Shown here piece by piece: positions 1 through 9,466 of a stretch of DNA of 64,000 bases (within the stretch, counting starts at the first letter, position 1; every line of letters starts with the position of its first letter). A program made the position numbers and the translations under genes. The notes beneath the pieces are model-generated. The model was not told the origin of the DNA, did no database searches, and saw only the letters and a list, made by a program, of their open reading frames with translations. The DNA is from Myxococcota bacterium (GTDB lineage: Bacteria; Myxococcota; JACRCW01): contig JBFMGU010000002.1 of NCBI GenBank assembly GCA_040752415.1, forward strand, positions 37,294 to 101,293, given 5' to 3'.

Positions 1-673
1 GAGCGTGGAGGACATCCCGTCGCCACCGCCGCGCTTGTCGACGGGAAGAACACGACGCATCCACGTCCACGCCACCCAGAACCACAGCGCGTTCATCAAG
101 CTGGGAGGACGCGCGCCGCCGCCGGCCACGCCCGAAGCCGCCGCACTCAGCGTGTTGATCGAGACGGTGGCCAACGGATTCTCGTCGTCACTGGTGCGCC
201 AGCTGCGCGCGGAGCGCGGTCAGGTGTACGGCGTGGAGGGTGCGGTGTCCGGCGTCCGGCAGGCCGGGTGGTGGTCGGTGTCGACGAGCACGTCGGCGGG
301 GCACGCGGTGGAAGTGGCGGAGGTCATGCAACGCACGCTGGCCGAGCTGCACGAGCGCGGAATGACGTCGGAGGCGTGGCGCGGCGCGGCGCGGGCCATG
401 GCGCTGGGATTTGCGTACGGACGCGAGGCCGTCACCGAGCTGCTGGCGGTGGAGATCGACGGGTGGATCCTCGGGCGCATGCCGGGGGAGACCTGGAGGA
501 CGCCGGCGTGGTTGTGGAACCTCGACGCGGAATGGGCGTGGCGCGTGGTGAAGCCGTACCTGGACCCGGGGCAGATGGTGCTGGTGGTGGTTCTCCCACG
601 GACCGGAGTGCAGGGAGCGCCGCCCGACGTCGTGATCGACGCTGAGACGTGGCCGGTCGAGATTCAGCCGTGA
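1..673 (+). CDS. M16 (insulinase/pitrilysin-like) peptidase, C-terminal part; 5' end lies outside the window
   Basis: GFSSSLVRQLRAERGQVYGV resembles the M16 C-domain SRLxxxLRExxGLxY motif; ends with a LDP-x-x-MVLVVV strand. Confidence 0.7.
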   Translation, partial: SVEDIPSPPPRLSTGRTRRIHVHATQNHSAFIKLGGRAPPPATPEAAALSVLIETVANGFSSSLVRQLRAERGQVYGVEGAVSGVRQAGWWSVSTSTSAGHAVEVAEVMQRTLAELHERGMTSEAWRGAARAMALGFAYGREAVTELLAVEIDGWILGRMPGETWRTPAWLWNLDAEWAWRVVKPYLDPGQMVLVVVLPRTGVQGAPPDVVIDAETWPVEIQP

Positions 674-702
674 CCGGTTTCGGCGTGCCCCGCGTGCGTC
701 GG

Positions 703-720
703 TGATGTATACGTACATCA
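703..720. promoter_or_regulatory. Palindromic operator, probably for VapBC autoregulation
   Basis: TGATGTA-TACG-TACATCA, a perfect 7-4-7 AT-rich inverted repeat ending at the antitoxin ATG. Confidence 0.6.
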
Positions 721-980
721 TGAGACGGACCCAGATATATCTGAGTGAGGAGGAGTCTCTGGCCCTTGACCGGGCTGCGCGCGCGTCCGGCCTGAACAGG
801 TCGCAGCTCATCCGACAGGCGATTGACCAGGTCTACGTGGCGCAGAACTCCTCTCGCCTCGTTGCGGCGCTGACGGGAGCGGCGGGAGCTTGGAAAGGCC
901 CGCGCGAGAGTGGAGAGGAGCACGTCGAGGCGATGAGGTCCCGGCGGATGGCCCGGCTTCATCGGGGGCGCCGAAGGTGA
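720..980 (+). CDS. vapB: Ribbon-helix-helix (CopG-like) antitoxin
   Basis: MRRTQIYL...LDRAARASGLNRSQLIRQAID RHH pattern; GTGA overlap with the downstream PIN gene. Confidence 0.85.
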   Translation: MRRTQIYLSEEESLALDRAARASGLNRSQLIRQAIDQVYVAQNSSRLVAALTGAAGAWKGPRESGEEHVEAMRSRRMARLHRGRRR

Positions 981-1357
981 GACGGCTGCTGGATACATCC
1001 GTGCTGATTGATCACCTTCGCGGGGTGGAGCGCGCCGTTGAATTGCTGACGACCTTTGCGGCGGCCGGCGATGAGCTGTGGAGCGTGACGCCAGTGCGCA
1101 CGGAGGTGCTGGCCGGAATGCGTCGCGGAGAGGAGAAGAAGACCATGCTGCTACTGAACGCGCTGGCTTGGCAGGTGGTCACCGAGGAAGTCGCGGACCG
1201 TGCGGGTGTGCTCGCCCGGCGGTTTCTTCGCTCCCACCCTGGTGTGGATACGGTGGACTACATCATCGCCGCGGCAGCTTTGGAGCTGGGCGCACAGCTC
1301 GTGACCCTCAACCTCAAGCACTTCCCCATGTTCTCGGACCTGCGGCGGCCCTACTGA
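977..1357 (+). CDS. vapC: PIN-domain ribonuclease toxin
   Basis: LLDTSVLID, TEVLAG, VDYIIAA and TLNLKHFPM motifs; translational coupling to vapB. Confidence 0.9.
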   Translation: MRRLLDTSVLIDHLRGVERAVELLTTFAAAGDELWSVTPVRTEVLAGMRRGEEKKTMLLLNALAWQVVTEEVADRAGVLARRFLRSHPGVDTVDYIIAAAALELGAQLVTLNLKHFPMFSDLRRPY

Positions 1358-1363
1358 GCTGAG

Positions 1364-2788
1364 TCAGGGGAAGATCTTCCCCGGGTTGAGGATGCCCGCA
1401 GGATCGAACACCTGCTTGAGTCGTTTCTGCAGGTCGATGACCGGCGGCTCCTGCTCGATGGGAAGCAGCGAGCGCTTCAGCAGACCCACGCCATGCTCCG
1501 CGGTGATGCAGCCGCCCAGCTCCACCGCCGTCACCGCGATGTCGCGCAAGCAAGCTTCCACCGCGGGCATCTGCGTGGCGGGATCGTCGTAGAGGACCTG
1601 CGCGTGCAGGTTTCCGTCCCCAGCGTGGCCAAAGGAACAGGTCTGCAGGCCGTGCTTCTCGCCCAGCGCGTCCATGCGCGCCACCATCTCCGGCAGGCGG
1701 GAACGCGGCACCACGATGTCCTCACTGCGCTTGTGTTTGCGGATGCGCCTGGTGGCCTGGCTCAGCAGGTGACGGCTCTGCCAGATGGCGTTGCGCTGCG
1801 CCGCATCCTGCGCCACCAGCACGTCCTGCGCGCCGAACTTCTGTCCCACGTCGGCGGCACGGTTGAGCTGCGCAAAGGCCGCTTCGGGCTGATCGGCATC
1901 CGTCTCCACGATGAGCGCAGCACCGGCGTTGGTGGGGAACTTGTAGGGAGCCAGCGGCCGCAACGCGTCGATGGAGGCGCGGTCCATGTACTCCAGGGTC
2001 CGCGGTTGGATGCCCGCCTGGAGGATGGCCGCCACGGCGCGGGAGGCGCGCGCAGCGTCGGGAAAGATGAACAGCGCGGTCTCCACGGCGCGGGGACGTG
2101 GGATGAGCTTGAGGGTCACTTCCGTGATGATGCCCAGCGTGCCCTCGCTCCCGACGAGAAGCGCGGTGAGGTCGTAACCCGTCACGCCCTTCACGGTGCG
2201 CTTGCCCACGCGGATGACCTCGCCGCTGCTCAGCACCACCGTCATGCCCAGCACGTAGTCGCGCGTGACGCCGTAGCGCACCGCGCGCGGACCGCCTGCG
2301 TTCTCCGCCACCGTCCCACCCACCGTGCAGCTCTGCCACGACGCGGGGTCCGGCGGATAGAACAGCCCTGCGTCCTCGACGGCATTCTGCAGGTCACCCA
2401 GGATCACGCCCGGCTCCACCACCGCGACGAGGTCCTCCCCGCTCACCTCCCGGATGCGGTTCATCCGCGTCAACGTCAGCACCACGCCACCCTGCGCCGG
2501 CACGCAACCGCCGGAACGCCCCGTCCCCGCGCCGCGCGGCGTCACCGGCACGCCCAGTCGCGCGCACAGCGCCACCACGCGGTGCACCTCCTCCGACGTC
2601 GACGCATGCACCACTGCGTGCGGAAGAATCGGCTGCAGACCGTGGCTCTCGTCGCGACCGAAGGGCGTCAGCGCCTCCGGATCGGTGATGACGTGCGGAT
2701 CCCCGACGATGTCGACGAGCCCGCGACGCAGCTCATCCAGGCAGGACAGCTCCCGCGGCCGGGTCTCAAGGGTCATGGGGGTGGCCAT
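1364..2788 (-). CDS. FAD-linked oxidase (GlcD / D-lactate dehydrogenase family)
   Basis: PRGAGTGRSGG, YPPDPAS, ENAGG, GSEGTLG, GHAGDGNLH, AEHGVG, LNPGKIF; AAGGAG RBS. Confidence 0.9.
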   Translation of the reverse strand: MATPMTLETRPRELSCLDELRRGLVDIVGDPHVITDPEALTPFGRDESHGLQPILPHAVVHASTSEEVHRVVALCARLGVPVTPRGAGTGRSGGCVPAQGGVVLTLTRMNRIREVSGEDLVAVVEPGVILGDLQNAVEDAGLFYPPDPASWQSCTVGGTVAENAGGPRAVRYGVTRDYVLGMTVVLSSGEVIRVGKRTVKGVTGYDLTALLVGSEGTLGIITEVTLKLIPRPRAVETALFIFPDAARASRAVAAILQAGIQPRTLEYMDRASIDALRPLAPYKFPTNAGAALIVETDADQPEAAFAQLNRAADVGQKFGAQDVLVAQDAAQRNAIWQSRHLLSQATRRIRKHKRSEDIVVPRSRLPEMVARMDALGEKHGLQTCSFGHAGDGNLHAQVLYDDPATQMPAVEACLRDIAVTAVELGGCITAEHGVGLLKRSLLPIEQEPPVIDLQKRLKQVFDPAGILNPGKIFP

Positions 2789-2915
2789 GGGTGCTCCTTC
2801 TCGTCGTGGAGAATCATCTTCCCGGTGACGGCGCACCTTTTCAACCCGCCCGCGCGGTTCCCGTTCCCGCCGACGGCTGGGCAGCACGGCGTGGGACGCG
2901 GTATGAGGCGCGCCC

Positions 2916-4805
2916 ATGACGAGATCCCGCTTCCTCCTCCTGGCCGGCGGCGCATCGTTCGCCTCCGCGCTGGCGCTCCTTGTCCACACGCTCCCCGTCA
3001 ACGCCGGCACGCCCGCGCAGAAGCCCGCGCCCAAGGCCGCTCCCGCTCCCGTCGAGGCCAAGCCCGCGGCACCGAGCGCGGAGCAGGAAGCCCAGGCGTT
3101 CCTCTCGTTCTACAACCCCATGTACGAGCGCCTCTCCACCGTGGCCGCGGAAGCCGCGTGGAAGGCCTCCACCGACGTCAAACCGGAGCACGAGGGTGAG
3201 CGCACCGGCGCGGGCAAGGCGTGGGGCGCGTTCGCCGGCAACCGCGTGATCATCGAGAAGGTGCGTGCGCTGCTGGCCCGCAAGGCCGAGCTGCAGCCGC
3301 TCACCGTGCGCCAGCTGGAGCGCATCATGCTCATGGCCGCGGAAGCGCCGGGCACCATTCCCGACGTGGTGAACCGTCGCGTGGAGCTGGAGAGCCGCCA
3401 GTCGAGCCTGCTGGACGGGTGGCAGTTCTGCCTGCAGCGCGACAAGAAGGGCGCCTGCGCCAAGCCCACGGATGCCAACGGGATCGACAAGATCCTCGTC
3501 GAGAGCAAGAAGCTGCCCGAGCGCCTGACGGCGTGGAACGCGGCCAAGGAGGTGGGCACCACGTTGCGTCCGGGCATCCTGCAGCTGCGTGAGGTGCGCA
3601 ACCAGGTGGCGCGTGAGATGGGGCACTCCAGCTTCTTTGCGCTGCAGGTGGCGGACTACCGCATGAGCGTGCCGGAGATGATGACGCTGCTGGACCAGCT
3701 CCTCGTCGACACCAGGCCGCTGTACGAACAGATCCACTGCTACGCCAAGCACACGCTGGCCCAGCGCTACGGCGTCAAGGAGGTGCCGCAGAAGATGCCC
3801 GCGCACTGGCTCGGCAACCGCTGGGCGCAGGCGTGGCCCGGCATCGTCGAGGGCGTGGATGCGGATGCGCCGTTCAAGGGCAAGACGCCAGAATGGATCG
3901 TCAAGAGCGCGGAGGCGTTCTACGTGGGCATCGGCTTCCCCACGCTCCCCGACGGGTTCTGGAAGAAGAGCGACCTGTATCCCGTCGAGAAGGGCAACCC
4001 GCGCAAGAAGAACAGCCACGCCTCCGCCTGGCACATGGACCTGGGCAGCGACGTGCGCAGCCTCATGAGCGTGGAGTCCAACAGCTACTGGTTCGGCACC
4101 ACCCACCATGAGCTGGGGCACATCTACTACTACGTCTCGTACACGCGCCCCGACGTGCCGCCGGTCCTGCGTGAGGGCGCCAACCGCTCCTTCCACGAGG
4201 GCATGGGCGACCTGATGGCCATTGCCGCCGGACAGCAGCCCTACCTCGAGAAGATGGGCCTGGTGCAGAAGGACAAGCCGGTGAGCCAGGAGCAGTGGCT
4301 GCTGGAGGAGGCCATGGAGTCCATCGTGTTCATTCCGTGGGGCGCGGGCGTGATGAGCCACTACGAGCACGACCTCTACGAGAAGAACCTCCCCGAGGCG
4401 GAGCTCAACAAGCGCTGGTGGGACTACGTGGCGCAGTACCAGGGCATTGTCCCGCCCGCCGCGCGCGACGAGAGCACCTGCGACGCCTGCACCAAGACGC
4501 ACATCAACGACGACCCCGCGCAATACTACGACTACGCGCTGGCCAGCATCGTGAAGTACCAGCTGCACGACCACATCTGTCGCAAGATCCTGGGCAAGGA
4601 CCCGCACGCGTGCGACTACAGTGGCAACAAGGCGGTGGGTGAGTTCCTGCAGGGCATCATGAAGCTGGGCGCCACGCGTGACTGGCGTGAGGTCATCCAG
4701 AACGCCACGGGCAAGGCGCTGAGCACGCAGCCGCTGGCGGAGTACTACGCGCCGGTGCTGGCGTACCTGAAGAAGCAGAACGAAGGCCGGCAATGCGGAT
4801 TCTGA
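2916..4805 (+). CDS. Exported M2 family metallopeptidase (peptidyl-dipeptidase A / ACE-like)
   Basis: Signal-peptide-like N-terminus; PAHWLGNRWAQAW, HASAW, HHELGH and GANRSFHEGMGD. Confidence 0.9.
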   Translation: MTRSRFLLLAGGASFASALALLVHTLPVNAGTPAQKPAPKAAPAPVEAKPAAPSAEQEAQAFLSFYNPMYERLSTVAAEAAWKASTDVKPEHEGERTGAGKAWGAFAGNRVIIEKVRALLARKAELQPLTVRQLERIMLMAAEAPGTIPDVVNRRVELESRQSSLLDGWQFCLQRDKKGACAKPTDANGIDKILVESKKLPERLTAWNAAKEVGTTLRPGILQLREVRNQVAREMGHSSFFALQVADYRMSVPEMMTLLDQLLVDTRPLYEQIHCYAKHTLAQRYGVKEVPQKMPAHWLGNRWAQAWPGIVEGVDADAPFKGKTPEWIVKSAEAFYVGIGFPTLPDGFWKKSDLYPVEKGNPRKKNSHASAWHMDLGSDVRSLMSVESNSYWFGTTHHELGHIYYYVSYTRPDVPPVLREGANRSFHEGMGDLMAIAAGQQPYLEKMGLVQKDKPVSQEQWLLEEAMESIVFIPWGAGVMSHYEHDLYEKNLPEAELNKRWWDYVAQYQGIVPPAARDESTCDACTKTHINDDPAQYYDYALASIVKYQLHDHICRKILGKDPHACDYSGNKAVGEFLQGIMKLGATRDWREVIQNATGKALSTQPLAEYYAPVLAYLKKQNEGRQCGF

Positions 4806-4821
4806 TCACGGAGGAAGGACC

Positions 4822-5430
4822 ATGAAGATCATCCAGGTGACGACGATGTTGGGCCTCTGTGCGGCGCTCATGGGCGCGGCCCCGCCGGCACAGAAGGCAG
4901 CGCCCGCGCAGAAGGGCGTGGATCCCAAGGCGGTGATGGCGGCCATGCAGCAGTACGCCACGCCGGGGCCGGAGCATCAGCGGCTGAAAATGCTGGAAGG
5001 ATCCTGGGACGTGGGCATCACGTTGTACGCGCAGGGCCAGGCGCTCCCGGAGAGCAAGGGGCGCGCGGACTTCTGGCTCATCCTCGGGGACCGGTTTGTC
5101 GTCGAGGAGCTGAAGGGGCAGTTCCTGGACCAGCCGGTCAACTCGCACATCGTCTTCGGCTATGACAACGCGAAGAAGAAGTACGTCTCCATGCGCATCA
5201 CCTCGCTGGGCACGGACATGATGGTGCGCGAGGGCACCGCCGACGCCAGCGGCAAGGTCATCACGCTGACGGGCGAGGCGTTCGACGCGCAGACCGGCAA
5301 GAGCGCCACCGGCCGCATGGTCTACACCTTCGAGAGCAACGACAAGTTCACCGTCAGCGTCTACGAGACCAAGCCCGGCGCCGCCGAGGTGAAGTTGTTT
5401 GACATGGTGTACACGCGTCGCGCGGCGTGA
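4822..5430 (+). CDS. Exported DUF1579-like beta-barrel protein
   Basis: ATPGPEHQRL..LEGSW and FGYDNAKKKYVS signature; signal peptide; GGAGG RBS. Confidence 0.75.
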   Translation: MKIIQVTTMLGLCAALMGAAPPAQKAAPAQKGVDPKAVMAAMQQYATPGPEHQRLKMLEGSWDVGITLYAQGQALPESKGRADFWLILGDRFVVEELKGQFLDQPVNSHIVFGYDNAKKKYVSMRITSLGTDMMVREGTADASGKVITLTGEAFDAQTGKSATGRMVYTFESNDKFTVSVYETKPGAAEVKLFDMVYTRRAA

Positions 5431-5433
5431 GCT

Positions 5434-5997
5434 TCACGTGCGGGAAGGCAGCCAGCGGTCCCACGCGGCGCTGGCCACCGCGGTGTGCAGGTAGATGCCC
5501 GGCAGCCACACCGTCACGTTGAACAGGTCGGGGTGGTTGTACCAGAAGGCCCCCGTCGACGAGATGGTGGACTCCACCACCGGTCCCAGCAGCGCGGCGC
5601 CCGCGGCATGCAGCATGAGCGCCGGTCTTGCATCCCCGGGCGTCAGCAGCACTGCCACCGCGAACAGCACCACGTAGAGCGCCAATGCGGGGTACGGCCA
5701 CGCCTGGATGAAGCCGCTGCTGCCGTAGACTCCGACGAGGAACAACAGGCCCCGGATCATCTCCGCCGTGCTCGCGGGCGGCAGCTTCCTCCCCGCCAGT
5801 CGCGACGCCACCTGGTGGTGTCCCTCGCCCAGCGCCAGGCCCGCGCCGGCAAACAACAGCGGCACCCACCACGCCTGCACGCCCAACGTGGGATGCGCGT
5901 ACGAGAGGACGCCGGTCACCACGTGCAGCGCATCCAGCGACGTGCCGACGACGGTGCCCAGCACGGCCCACGAGAGGAGTCGGAGAGGAGTGCTCAC
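5434..5997 (-). CDS. Integral membrane protein of unknown function
   Basis: About 6 hydrophobic segments; GTGA-coupled to the upstream glycosylase. Confidence 0.7.
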   Translation of the reverse strand: MSTPLRLLSWAVLGTVVGTSLDALHVVTGVLSYAHPTLGVQAWWVPLLFAGAGLALGEGHHQVASRLAGRKLPPASTAEMIRGLLFLVGVYGSSGFIQAWPYPALALYVVLFAVAVLLTPGDARPALMLHAAGAALLGPVVESTISSTGAFWYNHPDLFNVTVWLPGIYLHTAVASAAWDRWLPSRT

Positions 5998-6611
5998 TTG
6001 AGCTCCGCGGCGCGCCACAGGTACCAGCTGGCCACGGAACGGTACGGCGACCACACCACGCCGCGCTCGGTGACCTCCTTCGGGCTCGGCAGCTCTCGGC
6101 GCGCGTCGACGACCATCACGCCTTTGCGGATGCCGTAGTCGGTGGCGGACAGCACGTCGGGACGGGCCAGGCGGAACAACAGAAGCATCTCCGCCGTCCA
6201 CACGCCAACGCCACGGACCTGCGTGAGCGTCTCGATGACGGCGTCACTCTCCATGCTGCCCAGCCGCGCCAGGCTCACCACGCCGGAGGTGGTCTTCTCC
6301 GCCAGGTCCCGGATGGCCGCGGCCTTTTGTCGACTCAGACCCGCGCTGCGCAACCGCGCGTCACCCAGGTCCAGCACGCGGGTGGCGGTGGGAAAACGTC
6401 CGCCCTCTCCCAAGGCCCGCAGCCGGCCGAAGATGGTGGCCGCCGCCGCGCCGGTGACCTGCTGGTAGGCAATGGCCCGGCACAGCGCCTCGAAATGCGT
6501 GCCGCTCCGTCGGAAGGTCAGCCGGCATGCACCCACGCGGTCAATGATGCGCGCCAGGCGACGGTCCCGCGCGCGCAGGTAGGCCACCGCCTCGTCGTGC
6601 TGGTTGCTCAT
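5994..6611 (-). CDS. alkA: DNA-3-methyladenine glycosylase II family (HhH-GPD)
   Basis: AIAYQQV, GLSRQK, LTQVRGVGVWTAEM..L.RPDV...DYGIR, WSPYRSVASWYLW. Confidence 0.85.
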   Translation of the reverse strand: MSNQHDEAVAYLRARDRRLARIIDRVGACRLTFRRSGTHFEALCRAIAYQQVTGAAAATIFGRLRALGEGGRFPTATRVLDLGDARLRSAGLSRQKAAAIRDLAEKTTSGVVSLARLGSMESDAVIETLTQVRGVGVWTAEMLLLFRLARPDVLSATDYGIRKGVMVVDARRELPSPKEVTERGVVWSPYRSVASWYLWRAAELK

Positions 6612-6910
6612 GAGCGCTCCACCGAGATGCCGCGGCGGGTGCGTCGGCCCGTCACGGTGATCCGCATGGGACGACAACAGCGGTTGCAGTCCTCCACGTA
6701 GGAGCTGCCCGCGGGCTGGTCGGGGTCGACGTAGAGGGTGTCGGGTGTGCCGCACCAAGGGCACATCAGCGGGAAGGAGTCCTCCTCCTCCGCCAGCTCG
6801 GTGTCGTCGTCGGTGTCTTCGTCGTCGGATTCGACGTCGTCCTCGTCGGAGGGATCGTCCAGCTCGTCGTCCTCGCCTTCCGGCTCGTCATCCCAGACCC
6901 TGGATGGCAT
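6608..6910 (-). CDS. CPXCG-motif cysteine-rich (zinc ribbon) protein with long acidic N-terminus
   Basis: CPWCG...YVEDCNRCCRP; Asp/Glu-rich first half; ATGA overlap with alkA. Confidence 0.8.
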   Translation of the reverse strand: MPSRVWDDEPEGEDDELDDPSDEDDVESDDEDTDDDTELAEEEDSFPLMCPWCGTPDTLYVDPDQPAGSSYVEDCNRCCRPMRITVTGRRTRRGISVERS

Positions 6911-7349
6911 TGGTGCGCTCTCCCGGAGGGGATGCTGCACCAGGGGCGCCGGCGGGAAAAGCCGCATCGCCGCGTGACTGCTCCGCCATGCGCTGCACCG
7001 CGGTCTTCAGCTGCGCGGGCTCGAAAGGCTTCTCGATACAGAGGTTGGGCATGCGGGCCAGGAACTCCCGCGCCGACGCGGTGAAGGCTCCGCCGGTGAG
7101 GAAGATCATCCGCGGCACCACGGCGGGCGCGGCGCGTTGCAGCGCGGCGTACAGGTCCATGCCGGTCATCTCCGGCATCATCAGGTCGCACACCACCACG
7201 TCATAGGTCTTTCCGGAGAGCAGCTCCTCCAATGCCAGGCGCGCACTGGTGAAGCAGGTGACCTCGTGCTGGGCCCCCAGGGTGCGCCGGACCGTCCGAC
7301 CCATCAGCGGCTCGTCGTCCACCACCAGCACCTGCGTGGGCCTGGGCAT
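6888..7349 (-). CDS. Single-domain response regulator (receiver)
   Basis: VLVVDDE, CDLMMPEMTG, FLTGG, EKPF; GGAGG RBS. Confidence 0.9.
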   Translation of the reverse strand: MPRPTQVLVVDDEPLMGRTVRRTLGAQHEVTCFTSARLALEELLSGKTYDVVVCDLMMPEMTGMDLYAALQRAAPAVVPRMIFLTGGAFTASAREFLARMPNLCIEKPFEPAQLKTAVQRMAEQSRGDAAFPAGAPGAASPPGERTNAIQGLG

Positions 7350-7546
7350 CTCGTGGCCTCCTGCCCCTGCTTCTCGGCACGCGCGGCGGGTCCCTTGAGG
7401 CCCCGGGATCAGGGATGCCGTGACGTCGTCAGATGGCGCCCCACAGGGTGGTTTGGTGTGGGCAGGGTGGTTAGGTAGCCAGCCGCGGCAAGGTGGCGCG
7501 GGTCACGCCAGGCATGAGGGGGCATCACCGCGCGCCAGGAGACGTC

Positions 7547-7969
7547 ATGAACGCGGTCCCCGAGAGTGCGCCCCCCGGCGGCCCCAGGAGGCACCTGGCC
7601 ACGCGGTCCACCGCGGAGCTGGTCTCCCTGGTGGTCAGCAAGGCGGTGGAGCTGGCGCGCAAGGAGGTGGTGCTTGCCCAGGTGGAGCTCCGCGACGACA
7701 TCCGCACCGAGCTGCACGCGGCGCGCGCGCTGGGATTTGCCGGGCTGGGCGCGGTGTGCGCGGTCAACATGCTCCTGGTGGCCGTCATCCTGGCCCTGTC
7801 CCAGGTGATGCTGCCGTGGGTGGCGGCGCTCGTGGTGGCGGTGGCGGTGGCGCTGGTGGCCGGGGTGGTGGCGCTGGTGGCGCGTCGACGCCTGGTGCGG
7901 ACTCCGCTGGAGGATACCCGTCAGATGCTGAGGGAGAACGCGGAATGGATGCACCGAAGCCTGCACTGA
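7547..7969 (+). CDS. YqjE / phage-holin-like two-TM membrane protein
   Basis: ELARKEVVLAQVELR followed by two TM helices and PLEDTRQMLRE..EW; AGGAG RBS. Confidence 0.75.
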   Translation: MNAVPESAPPGGPRRHLATRSTAELVSLVVSKAVELARKEVVLAQVELRDDIRTELHAARALGFAGLGAVCAVNMLLVAVILALSQVMLPWVAALVVAVAVALVAGVVALVARRRLVRTPLEDTRQMLRENAEWMHRSLH

Positions 7970-8424
7970 GCACGGGTGGCGTCATCCCGTCGGAGCGTCA
8001 GCTCGTCCACGATATCGAGAAGGTTCGCGGTGAACTGGGAGAACTGCTCATGGAACTGGATCGTCGTCGCCAGGAGGTGGTGGAGCTGGGCGTGCGTCTC
8101 CGGCCGTACCTGTTGCCCGCGTTGCTCCTGGGCGGCGGGATTGTCACGGCCATCACCGCGTTGGCGGCCTCCGCACGTCGTCGACGGGAAACCGCCTTCA
8201 GTCGCCTGCTGGGCGCGCTGCGGCCCCGTTCCGTGCAGGTCAGCCCGCAGCCGTCCATCTTCCGCACCGCCGCGGTGCGCATCCTCACCAGCGCCGGCAG
8301 CGCGGTGTTGGGCCTGTACCTGAACCGCTGGGCGGAGCGGATGGCGGAGCGCGAGGAGGGCACGGTGACGTACTATGACCGTCGTCGCAGCCCGCGCGGT
8401 CCCGACGTGCGTGAGATGCACTGA
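7945..8424 (+). CDS. DUF3618-like membrane-anchored protein
   Basis: LVHDIEKVRGELG..L.ELDRRR coiled segment plus one TM helix; overlaps the holin-like gene. Confidence 0.55.
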   Translation: MDAPKPALSTGGVIPSERQLVHDIEKVRGELGELLMELDRRRQEVVELGVRLRPYLLPALLLGGGIVTAITALAASARRRRETAFSRLLGALRPRSVQVSPQPSIFRTAAVRILTSAGSAVLGLYLNRWAERMAEREEGTVTYYDRRRSPRGPDVREMH

Positions 8425-8431
8425 GCCGGGC

Positions 8432-9307
8432 TCAGCTGTCGACCTCGAGCTCCAGGACGGGCGGCGGCGCCTCCAGGGGCACGTGCTCCACGCCATGGTT
8501 GTGCCCGTGCTGGCGGTGCTGCACCGCGGAGGCCACGCGGTGACGCGCGCGCAGGTCGTAACGGTCGCCGGGACGGAGCAGGTCCACCAGCAGGGAGCCG
8601 GGGTGCTTCTGCGCGTCCACCACCATCACGCGCTCCGGTCCCACCACGCGCGCGTGCCGGTCGTCGGTGATGGCCAGCGCGGTGCCCTCGTCCACGCCCA
8701 CGCCCAGCAGGTGCTCATGCTCCAGCACCAGGCCAAAGAGGCGGTTCTGACGACGTCGCTTGAGAAAATGCTGGTCCACCACGCAGCCCGGCAGCAGCCC
8801 CAGGCCGCCGCGCGTGGTCACCCCCTGGCGCGCGCACAGCAGGGACGGGTCGCCGTCGCCGGAGATCATCACGGATGACATGACGGCGGTTCCCGCGCTG
8901 GTGCCGCCAAAGGTCACGCCCGCCGCGTAGCGCTGGCGCATCAGCGTGAGCAGCTCCGGGTCCCCCAGCACGTCCATGATGCGGTTCTGGTCACCGCCGG
9001 AGAAGAACACGCCGGTGGCGGTGGACAGCGCGTGGACCAGCTCCGCCCGCGCCTGGGGACGACGGGGAGACAGCGGTGCGTCGCGGATCTCCGCGGGGTC
9101 CCACAGGGCCAGGTCGGAGGCCAGCGCGGCGTGGGCCAACGCGGGCTCCTGTGCGGCCCAGGTGATGACCACAATGCGCGCGTTGGTGCCCCCCGCCCAG
9201 GAGACGAACTGTTTCATCGCCTGCGGAGGTCTGGGGCCTCCACCGAACAGGACGAGTCTCTTGGGCGTGGGACCAGCAGGCGTGGCCTGCCAGTGCGGCT
9301 CGTGCAT
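8432..9307 (-). CDS. Cyanophycinase-like peptidase (S51)
   Basis: FFSGGDQ, GGTSAG (catalytic Ser), VDQHF..R.R..RL, GVGVDEGTA. Confidence 0.85.
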   Translation of the reverse strand: MHEPHWQATPAGPTPKRLVLFGGGPRPPQAMKQFVSWAGGTNARIVVITWAAQEPALAHAALASDLALWDPAEIRDAPLSPRRPQARAELVHALSTATGVFFSGGDQNRIMDVLGDPELLTLMRQRYAAGVTFGGTSAGTAVMSSVMISGDGDPSLLCARQGVTTRGGLGLLPGCVVDQHFLKRRRQNRLFGLVLEHEHLLGVGVDEGTALAITDDRHARVVGPERVMVVDAQKHPGSLLVDLLRPGDRYDLRARHRVASAVQHRQHGHNHGVEHVPLEAPPPVLELEVDS

Positions 9308-9466
9308 GGGTGCTCCCGGGTTGGCGCGCAGGCGTTGCGTCACCAGGCAACAGCGCGCTGCATATGGAACCCACATGTGGGTGGCACGTGCCGGGACGCA
9401 GAATCTCTCGCGCTGCAGGTGTGGCCCACGTCGGAGCGGGGCGGTTTGTCGACGAGCGGAGGCCGA

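Noticed and set aside
7547..7969. Holin-like gene as evidence of a prophage
   Set aside because: YqjE-type genes are ordinary chromosomal genes; no phage structural, lysis or integrase genes nearby
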